Virus record (IMG/VR): IMGVR_UViG_3300035661_000005
Length of the DNA: 64,000 bases
Origin: a virus
Lineage: Duplodnaviria > Caudoviricetes
Reading direction: 5' to 3' (one strand)
Below are positions 18,260 through 27,617 of the stretch, piece after piece; the stretch's first letter is position 1, and the number at the start of each line of letters is the position of its first letter. The notes under the pieces were generated by a model that was not told the DNA's origin, did not search any database, and saw only the letters and a list, made by a program, of their open reading frames with translations. The translations under genes and the position numbers were made by a program.

Positions 18260-19654
18260 GTGGAAGAAACCGTCACCTGTCGCATCTGCGGACATTCGGC
18301 CGTGACCCTGGCTCGCCATCTCAAGGCGGTGCATAGGGTCACGGCCGACGCATATCGGGCGCAGTACCCAGACGCCCGTATCCGATCCGAAGCTTGTGAG
18401 GCGAACCGGCGAGCCGCTGTCACACGAGCCCACGCCGAGAAGCCACGGGCAGGGCAGAAGAAGGTTGTCGTCTGCCCGTGCGGGACCCCTCACGAGGTGG
18501 GGTTGACCTTCGCCTCGAAAGACCTTCGGTGCCCGTCGTGCAAGGCCAGAGACGAGGCGGCTGCTTGGCATGGAAAGGTCGAAGGAGAGGAGTACGTAAC
18601 GTGTCGTCTCTGCGGGCATCGCGCAGAGAGTCTGGTGAGTCACATACGATCCAAGCACCCAGAGCACGAAGGCCAGTACGAAGGGGACGTCATCTCCCGC
18701 AGGTCTGCGATCAGGGATAAGGCAACCCTCAAGGGCCGCACCCTCTCCGCCGAGACCCGAGCGAAGATGTCCGCCAGTGCGGGGTGGAACCGAGGTCTGA
18801 CGAAGGAGATCGATGAAAGGGTGGCGCACGCAGCGGCGGCCATGAAGGGTCGTGTCCCGTGGTCGAAGGGACACACGAAGGCGGATCACCCAAGTCTTCG
18901 GAGCACTTCGGATAAGCTATCCAAGATCACGGGTGCGGCACGTTCTTGGTCTAACGGCCTTGCGGCAGACCTGTCGAACGTAGACTTCACGCCATACCTC
19001 GATGAGACGGGGGCGGTGGATCGCAAGACGATGGCGGAAGAACTTGGGCTATCGGAGCCCACGATCACCAAGTACATGGAAGCGGCAGGTCTCCGTCTTT
19101 CGACCAGGTACGTGGACGCCAGGGCCGAAAGGCAAACGATCCGCTTGGAAAGAGCGGATCTAGAGAAGCACACGCTCGGGAACGGCAAGGTTGTTATCGC
19201 TCAAGCGATGGCGGCACTCGGGCGCGACTTCAAGGTCATCAAGCGTGAGTGCGAACGCCACGGTCTGGAGACATTCAGCCACCGCCTCCGTCAAACTCTC
19301 TGCCTCGATGCAGTGTCGAGGGCTCTTGGTGGGGTTGCGTACGAGCAAGAGTGGAGTCCTCGCCGTTTCACCAACCCATCGACCGGCCATCGCTTCCGTT
19401 TCGATGGCTTCTTCCCCTCCCACAACCTCATCGTCGAGTTCCACGGCTACCAGCACTACGTCTTTCCGAGCGTCTACATCAAGCGTGACGAGCTGTACTT
19501 CGCGCTCCAGGAGCGGGACCGGATCAAGGAGAACATGATCCATGCTGATCCCGTCCTTCGCTACTTCCTCGTACGTGAAGACGAGCCCTACGCGGACCCG
19601 GCCTACCTTCGGGGTCGTCTTATGGACGAGGGCGTCCTCGACCCGGGGAAATGA
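18260..19654 (+). CDS. Putative free-standing homing endonuclease: two C2H2 zinc fingers, NUMOD3-like repeats, HTH, C-terminal PD-(D/E)XK/Vsr-like nuclease
   Basis: VTCRICG...LARHLKAVH and VTCRLCG...SHIRSKH; KGRTLSAETRAKMS, VPWSKG; MAEELGLSEPTITKYM; RFDGFF...LIVEFHGYQHY. Confidence 0.75.
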   Translation: MEETVTCRICGHSAVTLARHLKAVHRVTADAYRAQYPDARIRSEACEANRRAAVTRAHAEKPRAGQKKVVVCPCGTPHEVGLTFASKDLRCPSCKARDEAAAWHGKVEGEEYVTCRLCGHRAESLVSHIRSKHPEHEGQYEGDVISRRSAIRDKATLKGRTLSAETRAKMSASAGWNRGLTKEIDERVAHAAAAMKGRVPWSKGHTKADHPSLRSTSDKLSKITGAARSWSNGLAADLSNVDFTPYLDETGAVDRKTMAEELGLSEPTITKYMEAAGLRLSTRYVDARAERQTIRLERADLEKHTLGNGKVVIAQAMAALGRDFKVIKRECERHGLETFSHRLRQTLCLDAVSRALGGVAYEQEWSPRRFTNPSTGHRFRFDGFFPSHNLIVEFHGYQHYVFPSVYIKRDELYFALQERDRIKENMIHADPVLRYFLVREDEPYADPAYLRGRLMDEGVLDPGK

Positions 19655-19776
19655 TGCTCGCGCGGCGCCTTGTCAGAAAGTTGGGTTGCCGGTCGTCCCT
19701 TCGGCGTAGGGTGAGCTTGGAGCGAATGCCGTTGGGTCTACATCTCACCATCGCAGACTGAGGGGTTGTGATAGAA

Positions 19777-19808
19777 GGGCGCCCGCTGGCTTCGGTCAGC
19801 GGGCGTTC
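19777..19808 (+). terminator. Stable UUCG hairpin, possible terminator or processing stem
   Basis: GGGCGCCCGCTGGC-TTCG-GTCAGCGGGCGTTC; lacks a clear U-tract. Confidence 0.45.
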
Positions 19809-19847
19809 CCGATTCTGGTGTAATCCTCTTGTGCCCTCGCAGGAGAC

Positions 19848-22800
19848 GTGATGCAGACAGCCCTGAGCTACGACCGCCGCCGTACTGCCTCCGAACCCGA
19901 TGACGAGATCATCGACCTGCAGGAGCTACAGGTCGCCGACTACGTGGTCTTCCTCCTGGCCCTCGACACCTACATGGGTTGGTTGTACGAAACCCAGGGG
20001 AACGTGTCGGCGACCGACCCGATCCTCGCCAAGGGCTTGACCCTGGCGAAGTTCGCGGAGCGACAGAACCTCGACAGCATCTCGACTTTCATCAAGTCGA
20101 ACCTCGTCAGCAAGTCGAGCATCGCTCTCCTCGAAGCAGCGATCCGGCCTCCGGCCAACCCCAAGGGTTTGTCCGTTCGCGCCCTTCGGCTTCGCACGGT
20201 ATTGTCGAAGGGTGGGACGGCGACGACCCGGGCGGTATTCGGCACGTCTACCAAGGCCCGCCGGGCGGTTCAGGAGGCCATCGACGCCTCCATGATCGAT
20301 GACCCGGATGCCGCGCTCAACAAGTTCGCGGCCCTGACGCTCAAGAACAAGAAGTTGGAGCGCTGGATCGACGACGCGTCCACGACGGTCGTTCCAGGCG
20401 CGGCGGTCATCAGCCCCGTGCAGGAGGCTACCCGAGGGGCTACGGACGCCTCCGCGAGCCTCCTGGCGGTCCAGGTGAGCCAGGAGGCCCGTCCCGGCAC
20501 GGACCAGAGCCTCGACTCCCGTAGCAAGCACGCGGAGGCGCTCTCCAGGATCGAGAGCCAGGCGACCGAGGCGGCCAAGAAGGCCATGCTGCAGGCGGGG
20601 GAGGACGATCGTCCCCTCACCAAGGCGGAGGTCATCGGCGTCGCCACCGCGGCAGCGGCGGCTGTCACGTCTGACCCGGACCGTCCCCAGAACGTCCCCC
20701 AGGCGCTCCAGAAGCTCGATCCGGAGCAGCGGGCGGCGGCACTCACGGGCGGTCGTGTCCGTGTCTCCGCTGGTGCAGGGTCGGGCAAGAGCACGACCCT
20801 CCTGGCCCGTACGCAGTACCTCATCGACCATGGGGCGGTTCCGAACCGCATGGTGGCGATGAGCTTCAACACGAAGGCGGCCAACGAGCTGGCAATCAAA
20901 ATGGCCAGCAAGATCGGGTCGGACAAGGTTTCGACCTCGAAGAGCCCGAACCCGAACGGGATTCGGGTCGGCACGATGCACGGCACCTTCCTGAAGTACA
21001 TCAACGACTTCGGGACCAAGGAGCAGGTCGACGTTTTCGCCAAGGTCAACGGCAGGGGTGGCCTCGTCAGTACCAGCACGCTCTTCAAGGCCGTCAAGGA
21101 CATCTGGAAGGACTGCTTCGACGGCATCGACAAGGACGCGAAGGGCAACACCAGAGATCTTCCCGACTCCGAGTTGTGGAAGATGCCCCCGAAGTCGGGG
21201 CGTATGATGGCCTACATCAACCACTTCCAAGGGGAGGGGATGTCGGCTGCCGAGGCTCGCAAGTGGGCCGATGAGCAGAAGACCCTGGAGGCCGACCAGG
21301 CGGCCAAGTTCTTCGAGGTCTACGAGGGTCTCAAGGGTGCGTTCGGCCCCAGTTGGCGACCAAAACTCTGCGGTCTGAGGCCCACTCCCAAGTTCGAGAA
21401 GTTTGTCAGCTTCTACCGGGCGGGGAAGCCCCGGATCGGGGACTTCAACGACATGCTCGCGATCTTCCGCGACGTCATGAAGGGCAACCCCGTGGCGAAG
21501 CGCAAGGTCCAGGACCAGTTCGATCACGTCATGGTCGACGAGTGCCAGGACCTGAACCCCCTCCAGTTCGAGGTGCTCCAGCTCATGACGGAGCACATCG
21601 AGGCGGACGATCCGAAGCGATCCTTCTGGATGGTCGGTGACGACAAGCAGTGTGTGCTCGACGACACTCCCGTGGCGACGCCCGCAGGTATGCGAAGGGC
21701 AGCAGACCTGGTCCCGGGGGACACCGTGCTCGCGTACCGCAACGGCAAGGTAGCACCCCAAACCGTCCGGCATGTCGCCCCCTCCTCGTGGAAAGAGGGC
21801 ATCAAGATCACGACCGAATCCGGTCGTACTCTAACGATGTCCCCCAACCACAAGATCTGGGCGTCCTCGCCAGATCTCGGCGAGGGGCAGAAGATCGTCT
21901 ACCTCATGTACCGCCCGGACCTTGGGTTCCGTGTGGGTGTCACCGACAGGTGTGATGGGGGTTACAATCCGTTTGGTAGCCGTACCAGCACCGAGGGTGC
22001 CGAGCGTCTCTGGATCCTTGCCGTCGCGGAGGATGAGCAAGCCGCCCTCTTGGCAGAGACGAGCTTCTCGCTCAAGTACGGCGTACCCACCTGTGTGTTC
22101 AACGGCGAGACCATGGGGTTGAACCAGTCCCCCCTCAACCAGGTTTTCGCGGCGTTCGGGAAGAATGGTGGGCGCATTCTCGAAGACATGCACCTCTCGT
22201 TCGACCTCCCCAATTGGGTGGCAACCTCGAAGGGTGTCACGCGTAGGACGATCCAGATGATCGCCCATGCGGCGGGGGGTACGCAGGTCAGTCTGGAATG
22301 GTCGGGCGATGATCTCGATGAGGCGTTGAAGGACACTCCGCACACGAAGCTCGACGGCGACCGCCGTCGGCTGCGCAAGTGGTTCTCCAACTACCGAAGC
22401 GCCCTCGAATTCGCCGAAACGCTGAAGGTGAAGACCAAGGCGAATCTGTGTCGAAGGATGTCCACCGCTGAGGAGCCCATGCCCCTGATCACGGCTGGTG
22501 GTCTACTGCCCGGCATGCACGTCCTCGTGCAAGAGGGTGAGACGGTGGTACCCGAGAAGATCGTTGCCACCGAGAACGTCAGCGGCACCTTTGTGGACAT
22601 CGACGTGGAAGATGCGTCGAACTTCTTCGGTGGTGGTATCCTGTCCCACAACTCGATCTACCAGTTCCGCGGGGCGGACCCGAACGCCTTCATCGCCCTC
22701 GACAAGATGGGCTTCAAGGACCGGCAGATCACGACCAACTATCGATGCGCTCCGGAGTTCGTTGACGCGGCGAACAAGCTCATCGCGAACAACCAGAACC

Positions 22801-24275
22801 AGATCCCGATGGAGGCGAAGGCGGCCCCCAATCGGGCACGCGGGGAGGCCGACCTCACGGTCTCCGTCCCCCTGAACGAGGCCAAGGCGGCCGTCGAATT
22901 CGGCAAGAAGATCCTGGCTGCGGTTCGCAACGGGGAGCCGGTGGCCAACTACGCGGTCCTCGCCCGTACGAACGCCGAGCTGGTGACCTACCAGCAGATG
23001 TGCGCAGTCCTCGGGATCCCCTTCGTGCAGAAGAAGGGCGCCAGCGTGTTCGCCTCCCAGGAGACCGAGACGTTCCGCGCCCTGATGACGTCCGTGGCGT
23101 CCACAGACCCGGAGATGGTGCAGAAGTCCTTCTGCCAGACCCTGATGTCTACGGGCGTCCTCCGGCCGAAGCTCTCGCCGAACCGGGACGAGAACGTCAA
23201 GTTCGCCAACAAGGCGATGCAGCAGCTCATCCGGAGCTACTGCGCCCAGGCGAACCTCGACATCAAGACCTTCAATCCGGTCGAGGCAGCCCGGACCCGT
23301 CCGGATTTCTTCAAGCAGGTGCTGACGCAGATCGGCAACGTCCCGCCCTTCCGTGTCGAGGAGGAGATGGATCGTGCAGATGGCCTCTTGGAAGGCATTT
23401 CGATGCTTCAGGGGGACCTGGAGAAGCCTGGTTTCACCTCGAAGGATCTCTTCGAGGGGATCCTGGCCCTCCCTGTGATCGAGCTGATCGCTCCGGACCC
23501 GGGTTCCCGCATGTGGACGCACAAGATCAGCTCCTTCAAGGAGGCCACGAGGGAGCGTCTTGCGGCGAGGGTCGCTGCCGAGGAGGCCGATGAGGATCCG
23601 GACCTCGCGGACGAGAAGGAGAACCTCGGGACGCTCGAATTCGTCAAGATGATGATGGAGCCGAACGAGGTCGATCCGTCCTACAACCCGCTCGACCCGA
23701 AGCAGTTCCAGACGCACTTCGAGGGTTTGGCCGATCGTGCGGAGGAGCTTCGCATCGACCCGGACGAGTACGAGAGGCAGCTCAACGCGCAGGGTGTCCC
23801 CCTGGACCAGCGCAAGCCGCCGCCCGGCGTCTACCTCGGCACGGTTCACTCGACGAAGGGTGCCGAGTGGGATGACGTCACCCTGCTCATGCCCAAGGGC
23901 AAGTTCCCGATGGAGCGCAAGCCTCGCAAGCCGCAGCGGAACGAGATCCCTGAGGTGGAGCTGACGGCCCCGCAGGATAGGCTCGAATCCGAGCGGCGGC
24001 TCGGCTACGTCGGGCTGACCCGTGCGAAGAAGTCGCTCACGGTCCTCTGCCCTGGTGGTCCCAGCGACTTCGTCAAGGAGGCTGGGCTGAACGTGGGGCA
24101 GAACGTGCCGAAGCCCGAGGCTCTGACGCCCGGAGCGGAGTCGGCCACGTCCGCGGAAGTCGTCAACGACGAGGCCCTGGAGTGGGAGGAGGCCAAGCAG
24201 GAGGCCCTCTCCAAGATGGAGAAGACCGCGGCGACGTTCTCGCCCTGGACCTACAGCTACAACAGGAGCGCCTGA
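19848..24275 (+). CDS. uvrD: UvrD/PcrA-like SF1 helicase with ~280-aa N-terminal extension and an intein
   Basis: LDPEQ, AGAGSGKS (I), SFNTKAANEL (Ia), GTMHG, VDECQD (II), VGDDKQ|SIYQFRGA (III), NYRC (IV), LARTN, TVHSTKGAEW (V), ERRLGYVGLTRAK (VI). Confidence 0.9.
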   Translation: MMQTALSYDRRRTASEPDDEIIDLQELQVADYVVFLLALDTYMGWLYETQGNVSATDPILAKGLTLAKFAERQNLDSISTFIKSNLVSKSSIALLEAAIRPPANPKGLSVRALRLRTVLSKGGTATTRAVFGTSTKARRAVQEAIDASMIDDPDAALNKFAALTLKNKKLERWIDDASTTVVPGAAVISPVQEATRGATDASASLLAVQVSQEARPGTDQSLDSRSKHAEALSRIESQATEAAKKAMLQAGEDDRPLTKAEVIGVATAAAAAVTSDPDRPQNVPQALQKLDPEQRAAALTGGRVRVSAGAGSGKSTTLLARTQYLIDHGAVPNRMVAMSFNTKAANELAIKMASKIGSDKVSTSKSPNPNGIRVGTMHGTFLKYINDFGTKEQVDVFAKVNGRGGLVSTSTLFKAVKDIWKDCFDGIDKDAKGNTRDLPDSELWKMPPKSGRMMAYINHFQGEGMSAAEARKWADEQKTLEADQAAKFFEVYEGLKGAFGPSWRPKLCGLRPTPKFEKFVSFYRAGKPRIGDFNDMLAIFRDVMKGNPVAKRKVQDQFDHVMVDECQDLNPLQFEVLQLMTEHIEADDPKRSFWMVGDDKQCVLDDTPVATPAGMRRAADLVPGDTVLAYRNGKVAPQTVRHVAPSSWKEGIKITTESGRTLTMSPNHKIWASSPDLGEGQKIVYLMYRPDLGFRVGVTDRCDGGYNPFGSRTSTEGAERLWILAVAEDEQAALLAETSFSLKYGVPTCVFNGETMGLNQSPLNQVFAAFGKNGGRILEDMHLSFDLPNWVATSKGVTRRTIQMIAHAAGGTQVSLEWSGDDLDEALKDTPHTKLDGDRRRLRKWFSNYRSALEFAETLKVKTKANLCRRMSTAEEPMPLITAGGLLPGMHVLVQEGETVVPEKIVATENVSGTFVDIDVEDASNFFGGGILSHNSIYQFRGADPNAFIALDKMGFKDRQITTNYRCAPEFVDAANKLIANNQNQIPMEAKAAPNRARGEADLTVSVPLNEAKAAVEFGKKILAAVRNGEPVANYAVLARTNAELVTYQQMCAVLGIPFVQKKGASVFASQETETFRALMTSVASTDPEMVQKSFCQTLMSTGVLRPKLSPNRDENVKFANKAMQQLIRSYCAQANLDIKTFNPVEAARTRPDFFKQVLTQIGNVPPFRVEEEMDRADGLLEGISMLQGDLEKPGFTSKDLFEGILALPVIELIAPDPGSRMWTHKISSFKEATRERLAARVAAEEADEDPDLADEKENLGTLEFVKMMMEPNEVDPSYNPLDPKQFQTHFEGLADRAEELRIDPDEYERQLNAQGVPLDQRKPPPGVYLGTVHSTKGAEWDDVTLLMPKGKFPMERKPRKPQRNEIPEVELTAPQDRLESERRLGYVGLTRAKKSLTVLCPGGPSDFVKEAGLNVGQNVPKPEALTPGAESATSAEVVNDEALEWEEAKQEALSKMEKTAATFSPWTYSYNRSA
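21651..22652 (+). mobile_element. Intein (334 aa) in helicase motif III with a GIY-YIG-like central domain
   Basis: Starts CVLDDTPV, block B LTMSPNHKIW, block F FVDIDVEDASNFF, ends SHN followed by S; removal restores GDDKQSIYQFRGA. Confidence 0.92.
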
Positions 24276-24901
24276 TGACCGCCATGCAACACGTCGCCGC
24301 GGCTACGGCGATCACCGTCACGATCGAGGAGATGGACAAGGTGATCCAGCGTGGCTTCCGTGCGCTCCACCCGCGCAAGGAGACGGCCCCCTGGGGCGAG
24401 ATCCTCTACATCCTGACGCCTGAGGAGGACGAGCCGCACAACGTCATCCGGGTGCAGACGAGCATCTTCTCGGGTAGCGGTACCGCTCGCGGCGAGGGTG
24501 AGGACTCGATCCGCATCACGATCATCAACACGAAGACGAACAAGCCGATCGCCGGCAAGATGCAGCGGGTCCACCGGGTCCAGAACTGGAAGGACAACCT
24601 CCGCTCCCGCATCGAGGATGCGATCGAGAAATTCGAGGAGCTTCAGGAGGAGCGCGCCAAGGCGAAGGCCCTCATGGAGCAGCGGGAACATCAGCAGACG
24701 TTCCAACGGGAGCGTCCGCAGGAGGCTCAGAGTGAGCGTGTCCGGCAGCTCCAGATGCTCGAAGCCCTGGCCCGTTCGACCTCGCCGAACGCGAGGGCCT
24801 TCGAGGACATGCTCGGCCGCCTCCGACGCTTCGGTGGCCTCCTCACGGACCGCCAGCTCGCATGGGCCGAGCGGGAGTACTCGCGGTACGGTCGTCGATG
24901 A
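24275..24901 (+). CDS. Hypothetical phage protein
   Basis: TGATG-coupled to the helicase; 208 aa; alpha/beta N-domain (IRVQTSI...GEDSIRI...RVHRVQNW), coiled coil, LTDRQ C-terminus. Confidence 0.7.
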   Translation: MTAMQHVAAATAITVTIEEMDKVIQRGFRALHPRKETAPWGEILYILTPEEDEPHNVIRVQTSIFSGSGTARGEGEDSIRITIINTKTNKPIAGKMQRVHRVQNWKDNLRSRIEDAIEKFEELQEERAKAKALMEQREHQQTFQRERPQEAQSERVRQLQMLEALARSTSPNARAFEDMLGRLRRFGGLLTDRQLAWAEREYSRYGRR

Positions 24902-25404
24902 CCCTCCCCTACGCCTTCACGACTGACGGCTCGGTTCCCACGGCGCTCGTGGACTACTACATGCCCGTCGGTACGGAGGGCTTTCAGTTCGTCGCGGCCC
25001 TCATGGCGTACATTCGTCCTTGGGGGCCGGTCTTTCCGGTGGAATTCACACGGGCGGCCTACCTCCGAGCGGCCTCAACCCTGGCCCACATGGGCATTGT
25101 GCGCGGGGAGACCCTCACGTTCCTTCGGGACGGTGCTCAGCTGACGCAGCCCCAAGCAGCCTCTCTGCTGGGGGTGACTCTTGGGGACATCGTCGCCTGG
25201 GAGAGCAACGCGGCGCCAATCCCCCGGTCGATATGGGACTTTATGGCCCATTATGTCTGCGATATGGACAATCGTCGCGGATTCACCCCGAACCTAGACG
25301 TCTCCACGTCGGACTTCCGTGCGCGAACGATCCGCATCCGGCCGGACATACCGTACCCGGACAAGCCGATCACCTTCCCGTGTCCGCCCGACCCGTGCGC
25401 CTGA
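24898..25404 (+). CDS. XRE-family HTH protein
   Basis: ATGA-coupled start 24898; LTFLRDGAQLTQPQAASLLGVTLGDIVAWES is a canonical XRE HTH. Confidence 0.75.
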   Translation: MTLPYAFTTDGSVPTALVDYYMPVGTEGFQFVAALMAYIRPWGPVFPVEFTRAAYLRAASTLAHMGIVRGETLTFLRDGAQLTQPQAASLLGVTLGDIVAWESNAAPIPRSIWDFMAHYVCDMDNRRGFTPNLDVSTSDFRARTIRIRPDIPYPDKPITFPCPPDPCA

Positions 25405-25421
25405 TGGTGTAGGGTGGGGGG

Positions 25422-26276
25422 ATGGCGAAGCTGGACTTCGAAGTCCTCATCGACCCCAACGCCCCTCCCCTGCACCCGAAGGCAGTCACGTTCGAGACGG
25501 GGGCTAGACGGTCCGATGTCGCGGACCCCTCCCTCTGGGCGTACGAGCATCACGGGGAGGGCTTCAGTCCGGTCGATCCAGGAGCACTGACGGCCCTCTT
25601 CGAGGATCTTGTCCTCGGGCGGCCCCTGCCAATGACGTTTCTGACGCACAGAGTCAGGGATGTGGACACCCTGGTCGCAATCGCCGCATTCGTTTTCCGC
25701 GACGTAGTACTCCACCCGAGGATGTTGGACCTGGTAGCCAAGGTCGACCTCGTCCACCGGCGGGGCTTCCAGCTCTTGGGGCACCTGACGTCGGAGGATG
25801 TGCGCTTCCTGCGGCTCCTCCGAGGTTACTTCCCTGACGGTCTGACGCGGCGGGAACAGGGGGACCGCCTCCGGACCGCTCTTGGGTGGATCCGGGACTA
25901 CGTGCTGGAGGAGCGGCTCCCAGCACTGGGGGCAGCGTTGGTCGGGGCGACCGAGCTTCAGCGTGGTTCAGACGGGTTCGTTGTGGGGGTGACGGGTGGT
26001 TCCCTCACGGAAGGCTGGGTGGACCTGTTTCGCAAGGGGCACCTTCGGGGCATTCTCTTCGGCCCGAGGGTAGAGGGGCAGCCTACGGCTCTTATCGCTC
26101 GTAAGAGCGCCTACGTGGCCCTGGATCTTGTCCTGGCCGAGCGTCTCTTGAACGAGGTCGAGGCAGCGGCGGGTGGTCCTACCGGGTGGGCCGTAGCGGG
26201 GGACTGGCTCTGGGGTCCGGTGGAGGGTACGCGGATCCTGGCGAGCCACATCATAGAAGTTCTTTTGAGGTGCTGA
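25422..26276 (+). CDS. Hypothetical protein, possibly permuted DHH-like phosphoesterase
   Basis: YEHHG followed by THRVRDVDTLVA resemble DHH and H..D.D metal motifs in swapped order; function uncertain. Confidence 0.55.
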   Translation: MAKLDFEVLIDPNAPPLHPKAVTFETGARRSDVADPSLWAYEHHGEGFSPVDPGALTALFEDLVLGRPLPMTFLTHRVRDVDTLVAIAAFVFRDVVLHPRMLDLVAKVDLVHRRGFQLLGHLTSEDVRFLRLLRGYFPDGLTRREQGDRLRTALGWIRDYVLEERLPALGAALVGATELQRGSDGFVVGVTGGSLTEGWVDLFRKGHLRGILFGPRVEGQPTALIARKSAYVALDLVLAERLLNEVEAAAGGPTGWAVAGDWLWGPVEGTRILASHIIEVLLRC

Positions 26277-26346
26277 TTCCCACCATGCACAAGGAAGGCA
26301 CCTCGGAAGAGCGGGATACCATTCCAAACCGTATCCGGGAAGTTAC

Positions 26347-26562
26347 TCAAACTTGCGCATGAGATTCTACTCGATTTGAGGCTGTGCCGATCTTCTCTTT
26401 CGAGAATACCTCGGTAGTAAGCCTCCGGCTCGACGGTACGAGCGCGAAATTACCCCTTGAGGAACTGTCCCGGCGAATCCGGTATCGCTCTCTCAAGATG
26501 GTTTTCACTACGGATGGGTGATCATCAGGACCGACTTGTTTGTCCTCGGAACGTCCGAGCAA
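26347..26562 (-). CDS. Possible small hypothetical protein in a lower-GC spacer
   Basis: TTG start preceded by GGAGG on the minus strand; no recognisable motif. Confidence 0.3.
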   Translation of the reverse strand: MLGRSEDKQVGPDDHPSVVKTILRERYRIRRDSSSRGNFALVPSSRRLTTEVFSKEKIGTASNRVESHAQV

Positions 26563-26768
26563 GTTGATCCCTCCTACCCCATCCGCGTGCGAAATCCTGT
26601 CACAAGATCGGCAAGGAGCTTAGCTGTCCCTTGAGCGATGTCAAGTAGGTTCGAGTGAGTTTCTGGTCAACTGCTAGCACCCACCCCCGAAGTTCGGCAC
26701 TGGCGACTTTCCGAGGATCCCGCCGCCACCACGAGTGCCCACGTTTTCTCCTATACCCTGGGCGAATC

Positions 26769-27617
26769 GTGGAACGCAAACTCACGGTGGTCACGGTCGA
26801 GACCGACGGTCTCCGTGACTACGTCCTGCTCCCGAACGGAGAGCGCTACATCCTCGGGGCGGTTTCCGTTCTCAAGTTCATCGCGGAGACGGTCCCGAGT
26901 CAGTCGGCAGCCCGGCGAGCGCTCGACGAGTTCAACAAGTCCGGACAGGTGGTCGTGGCTATCGATCTGGTCCGCTTGCCCGAGATCCTGACGTACCGCC
27001 GTTCCCGATGGGCAGGGGTTGCGATTCCACTTATCCCAGCCCCAAATCGGACGACCTCTCCACGGAACACGGAAGGCAGCAACATGGACGCGAAGGCTTT
27101 CGAGAACCATCTCAGCTTCATCGAACGGCACATCACGGAGCTGGAGACGAGGACTGCGGCGAAGCGTGCGATTCCCGCTTCTCTGATCGCGTCCCTTCGC
27201 AAGGCTTCGATCTCGCTCCCCAGCTTCGGCGATCAGTCGAAGAACGACGCCTTCTACGATCTCGGCCAGCCGAAGGTCGACACGGTGGAGGATCCGGGTG
27301 CGTACACGCCCCCGGCGAACGTCACCCACCCGCTCGGCAAGTCGGCCTCGTTTCGCATCCTCAAGGCGAACGGGGACGCGGCGGAGACGATCCTCAGCCA
27401 GATGGCGGAGACGGCGACGAAGATCGACTCCCTCGAAGCGGCGGGTCGTCCCTTCAACGCGGCCAAGGCGCGGGCCGACGTCCACAAGGTCGTCGGTGCT
27501 TGCGAGAGGATCCTGGCGAACGCGGACCTCGCCGAACCCTACCTCGCCGAAGAGATCCAGACCCTCGCGAAGCGGGCGAGCCGCATCCACGGCCTCTTCG
27601 CCTCGGCCCGCGTCTGA
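26769..27617 (+). CDS. Hypothetical protein immediately upstream of the tail tube
   Basis: Likely GTG start 26769 (VERKLTVVTVETDG); strong GC3 bias; contains RTAA, RKAS, KSAS. Confidence 0.65.
   Translation: MERKLTVVTVETDGLRDYVLLPNGERYILGAVSVLKFIAETVPSQSAARRALDEFNKSGQVVVAIDLVRLPEILTYRRSRWAGVAIPLIPAPNRTTSPRNTEGSNMDAKAFENHLSFIERHITELETRTAAKRAIPASLIASLRKASISLPSFGDQSKNDAFYDLGQPKVDTVEDPGAYTPPANVTHPLGKSASFRILKANGDAAETILSQMAETATKIDSLEAAGRPFNAAKARADVHKVVGACERILANADLAEPYLAEEIQTLAKRASRIHGLFASARV

Noticed and set aside
19686-19712. Second sigma70 promoter TTGCCG...TAGGGT
   Set aside because: The spacer is only 15 nt and the downstream ORF is trivial
26277-26768. Frameshifted pseudogene or TGA read-through gene in the lower-GC spacer
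   Set aside because: Protein-like fragments occur in several frames but none has a recognisable motif or consistent start; only a weak minus-strand ORF is retained
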